Shown: piece after piece, positions 61,131-64,000 of the stretch
How positions within the stretch are numbered: the stretch's first letter is position 1
How the letters are laid out: each line of letters starts with the position of its first letter
Assembly: GCF_038025025.1 (NCBI RefSeq)
Contig: NW_027117342.1
Span: 1,984,001 to 2,048,000, forward strand
Direction: 5' to 3'
From: Phyllosticta citribraziliensis
Taxonomy: Eukaryota
DNA: 64,000 nt
The notes under the pieces: generated by a model
Database searches by the model: none
What the model saw: only the letters and a program-made list of their open reading frames with translations
Told to the model about the DNA's origin: nothing
Made by a program: the position numbers and the translations under genes

Positions 61131-62663
61131 TCAATGCCTCGGCATCAGCATTCCTCTCATCGTTACCAAGAAGCCTCGGATCCAGCCGCGCGGTTCGGTT
61201 TGTTCGTGGGTCGTGTCAGCATCATCCACCGTGTGGAAGCTTGCGTCGGACGGGGTATCGTTGCGCGGACGCATGTAATGCGTGGTGTCAATGTTGCAAG
61301 GTCCATCGACGACCTGTGAAGGAGCAACCTGTGGAGCTGAATGGCCTTGCTTCAACCTCTTCTCTGCCGTCGACTCGGACTCGCTCTCTGACCGCTTCCT
61401 CTTGAGTGTGGCCGAGTGGGTCTGCGAGATGTCTCCCTGGGGGTTGACGGCGTTGCATGACTCCGTGGATTGTTCTGTATTGAAAGGAGCGAGGGTAGTC
61501 TCTTCTTCCACTCGAGACGCGTGCCCGCTGAGCTTCTCTTTGGCCTCCTTGGTGACGATTGGGAAGTATGCTCCCTTGTGTGCAGCATCAATGACTGTGG
61601 CTGCGGTGGCATCTTCTGCCGAGTGGCTTGGATGGCTGTCGACTGTGCCCGTGCCATCACCGAGTTCCTTTTTTGTTCCCTCGTCGACAAGGATGACTGA
61701 AGACTCGATTGCCTGGCTGCCAGTATCGCTGACCTCTGCCAAGTGGCTTGGATGGCTGTCGACTGTGCCCGTGCCATTGCCGAGTTCCTTTTTTGTTCCC
61801 TCGTCGACAAGGATGACTGAAGACTCGATTGCCTGGCTGCCAGTATCGCTGACCTCTGCCAAGTGGCTTGGATGGCTGTCGACTGTGCCCGTGCCATTGC
61901 CGAGTTCCTTTTTTGTTCCCTCGTCGACAAGGATGACTGAAGACTCGATTGCCTGGCTGCCAGTATCGCTGACCTCTGCCAAGTGGCTTGGATGGCTGTC
62001 GACTGTGCCCGTGCCATTGCCGAGTTCCCTTTTTGTTCCTTCATTGACAAGGATGACTGGAGACTTGATTGCCTGGCTGCCAGCATCGCTGACCTCTGCC
62101 TCGACAGAAACGTGCGAATGGGGCTGCTTGGTCGTGGAAGCGAGGGTGCTATTCGGACTCGTCTTCTTCCTAGCACTTTTCTTGGGACTTTTCTTGGGAC
62201 TATCGTGTGTGACCACGTTCCTTGCTTTCTGAGCTCGTCTCGGAGTCGTAGATCTTGACGCTGCGACCGTGTTCGGTTTGCGCTTTGGAGTGCTGCGACG
62301 GCGCGAGCCGAGGTATTCCTTCACGTCTTCCCATTGAGATGACACTTTCGGCGCAGGCCGAGCCCGTGCTTCTCTTTCCCGCTTCAATACTGCTTCATCC
62401 TTGAGCGCCTTGACTCTGATGGCTTCCTCCGCATCTGCGCGTGTTTTCATTTCATCTTCGTGTCCAAGGACGCAGTCTGCGACCTGACACTCTCCGGTGT
62501 ACACGTACTCGTGGAGCTCGCGGAAGATCGCGACGTCATAGCCGTGTTGGCGAAGTTCGTGGTCCTTCTGGGGGAAAATGTAAGGTTCCTCTAAGCACTC
62601 GTAGTTGCCATTCTCATCAAAGACCGTGTAGCTCGTAAGACTGTTGATCATGTTGCCGCTCAT
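61131..62663 (-). CDS. Orphan hypothetical protein (510 aa) with four 40-aa tandem repeats
   Basis: ORF from MSGNMINSLTSY; basic SPKK/RRR region; repeat AEVSDTGSQAIESSVILVDEGTKKELGNGTGTVDSHPSHL; LKRKRS...KRLK motif. Confidence 0.7.
   Translation of the reverse strand: MSGNMINSLTSYTVFDENGNYECLEEPYIFPQKDHELRQHGYDVAIFRELHEYVYTGECQVADCVLGHEDEMKTRADAEEAIRVKALKDEAVLKREREARARPAPKVSSQWEDVKEYLGSRRRSTPKRKPNTVAASRSTTPRRAQKARNVVTHDSPKKSPKKSARKKTSPNSTLASTTKQPHSHVSVEAEVSDAGSQAIKSPVILVNEGTKRELGNGTGTVDSHPSHLAEVSDTGSQAIESSVILVDEGTKKELGNGTGTVDSHPSHLAEVSDTGSQAIESSVILVDEGTKKELGNGTGTVDSHPSHLAEVSDTGSQAIESSVILVDEGTKKELGDGTGTVDSHPSHSAEDATAATVIDAAHKGAYFPIVTKEAKEKLSGHASRVEEETTLAPFNTEQSTESCNAVNPQGDISQTHSATLKRKRSESESESTAEKRLKQGHSAPQVAPSQVVDGPCNIDTTHYMRPRNDTPSDASFHTVDDADTTHEQTEPRGWIRGFLVTMRGMLMPRH
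61621..62100. repeat. 120-bp tandem repeat x4
   Basis: Units 61621-61740, 61741-61860, 61861-61980, 61981-62100; the middle two appear identical. Confidence 0.97.
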
Positions 62664-62730
62664 ATTCCGAGGAGCGCTCGGTTGCCAGATTCGCGTTGGA
62701 GCGATGTGACTGCCAACCAACGTCGACGTT

Positions 62731-62988
62731 GACGGTGGATGTGAGGTGGACGTGATCTTGAGAGACTTGGTAGATGCGGGTGTGGTCGACTGGGCGGCGT
62801 TCAAGTGATGTGACCGCCACTCGATACAGAGGCTGACGGCGGATGTGAGGTGGACGTGATCTGGAATACCTTGGTAGATGCGGGTGTGGTCGACTGGGCG
62901 GCGTTCAAGTGATGTGACCGCCACTCGATACTGAGGCTGACGGCGGATGTGAGGTGGACGTGATCTGGAATACCTTGGTAGATGCGGG
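62731..62988. repeat. 104-bp tandem repeat, about 2.5 copies
   Basis: GACGG(T/C)GGATGTGAGGTGGACGTGATC starts at 62731, 62835 and 62939. Confidence 0.93.
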
Positions 62989-64000
62989 CTGTGGTTGACA
63001 ATGCGGGGCTCCTAGGAGATGGTGCAGTGGTGAAGTGGTTGGCTGATAATGACGTTCGCGCAGGGTGTCTGGACTTTGATGTGTGGGGGTACGTTGGACG
63101 GCGAATGACGGCGAGTGTTCTGTCAATTGCACTGACTACGGAGAAGATCGACCGACTCGAGTGCCGGGTTTGATCGTGGGCAATAGAGCTGCTGGAAGAT
63201 GATCTGGAGTGTGAAGTGTCGGCCAACACACATGGGGCGCAGGGTGCGGGTGCGTAGGTAGTGGAGACGAATGAATCAGAAAGTAGGCCCCGATGTTGAC
63301 ATCCGAGGCGCACGTGTATGACGAAAAATCTGAGGCGGCTCCAGTGGCAGAATAATTTTATTCCGTACCTGGTCTCCATTGTTTTCCCTCAGCCACCGTT
63401 GGCACTTCGCTGGAACACAGTAAGCCAATGCATGTAGCGCAGTTTGTAAGCGCAAGGTGCCACTTGCAAGAAACCAACGAACAAAGAAACCAAAAACCAA
63501 AAAAGCCTTTCGTCATCGTGGTCGACGTCACCCAAATCCGGTGCACCGCCTTCTCGACGTCATGTTGTCGGCTTGCCCGGTTGCCCTGAACGATGCGATG
63601 CATACACGACAGTCGACGGCACAACGGGGCGCGCGGCTGACTGCGGACTGCGGTGGAGTCACCCGCTAAGAAAAGCGCCGACGGCACGGCGCGGACCGCC
63701 CTGGCCCGGACGTGTTAAACAGTGCCGGGCTCCGCTGTCTCTCCCGGTCGACCACCGAGCATCTCGCTTTTGTCTCGCCCCCACGCGGTACTCGACCCTC
63801 TTGATCTCATGCGCCGTCCATTCTCAGCGACCATGACGGCATTCACTCTTGCTGCTCCCTGTGTTCCGTAGTCACCCATTTCCCGAAACGCGACCTCGCC
63901 GCTGACATCCATCCAGACACACGAAGCGGTAACAGCCTCGGCGCTCGCTGCACTTCTTTCTGCCTCTCCTCCCGCAATACGTGCGGCGCCACATCAACAT

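Noticed and set aside
59748..62232. Plus-strand ORFs of 336 and 316 aa
   Set aside because: Antisense shadows of the Ser/Thr-rich and repeat-containing minus-strand genes
61621..62988. CRISPR-like array
   Set aside because: Contiguous tandem repeats with no unique spacers, no cas genes, and a eukaryotic context

Overview
Eukaryotic, intron-rich, GC-rich genomic DNA from a filamentous ascomycete (probably a Dothideomycete; inferred from gene content and CTRAC/YAG intron signals). Recognisable genes: eIF3a (first intron GC-AG), G-protein gamma subunit, Pho4/NUC-1-type bHLH factor, class II sirtuin, NatB catalytic subunit, an RGS-LOV photoreceptor, cystinosin-like PQ-loop transporter, NuA3 subunit Nto1, a Tra2/SR-like RRM protein, a DUF3431 protein, several hypothetical proteins and an intron-containing tRNA-Thr(AGT). 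Two segments look accessory. At 15.3-22.5 kb an intact 1233-aa intronless ORF carries two degenerate Ty1/copia protease-like domains that lack the catalytic Asp and have no other retroelement parts; a broken paralog sits directly upstream. At 52-64 kb there are orphan genes, several tandem-repeat arrays and a tRNA-like gene with a non-canonical anticodon arm. All exon boundaries were read by eye, and all family calls come from motif recognition, not database searches.
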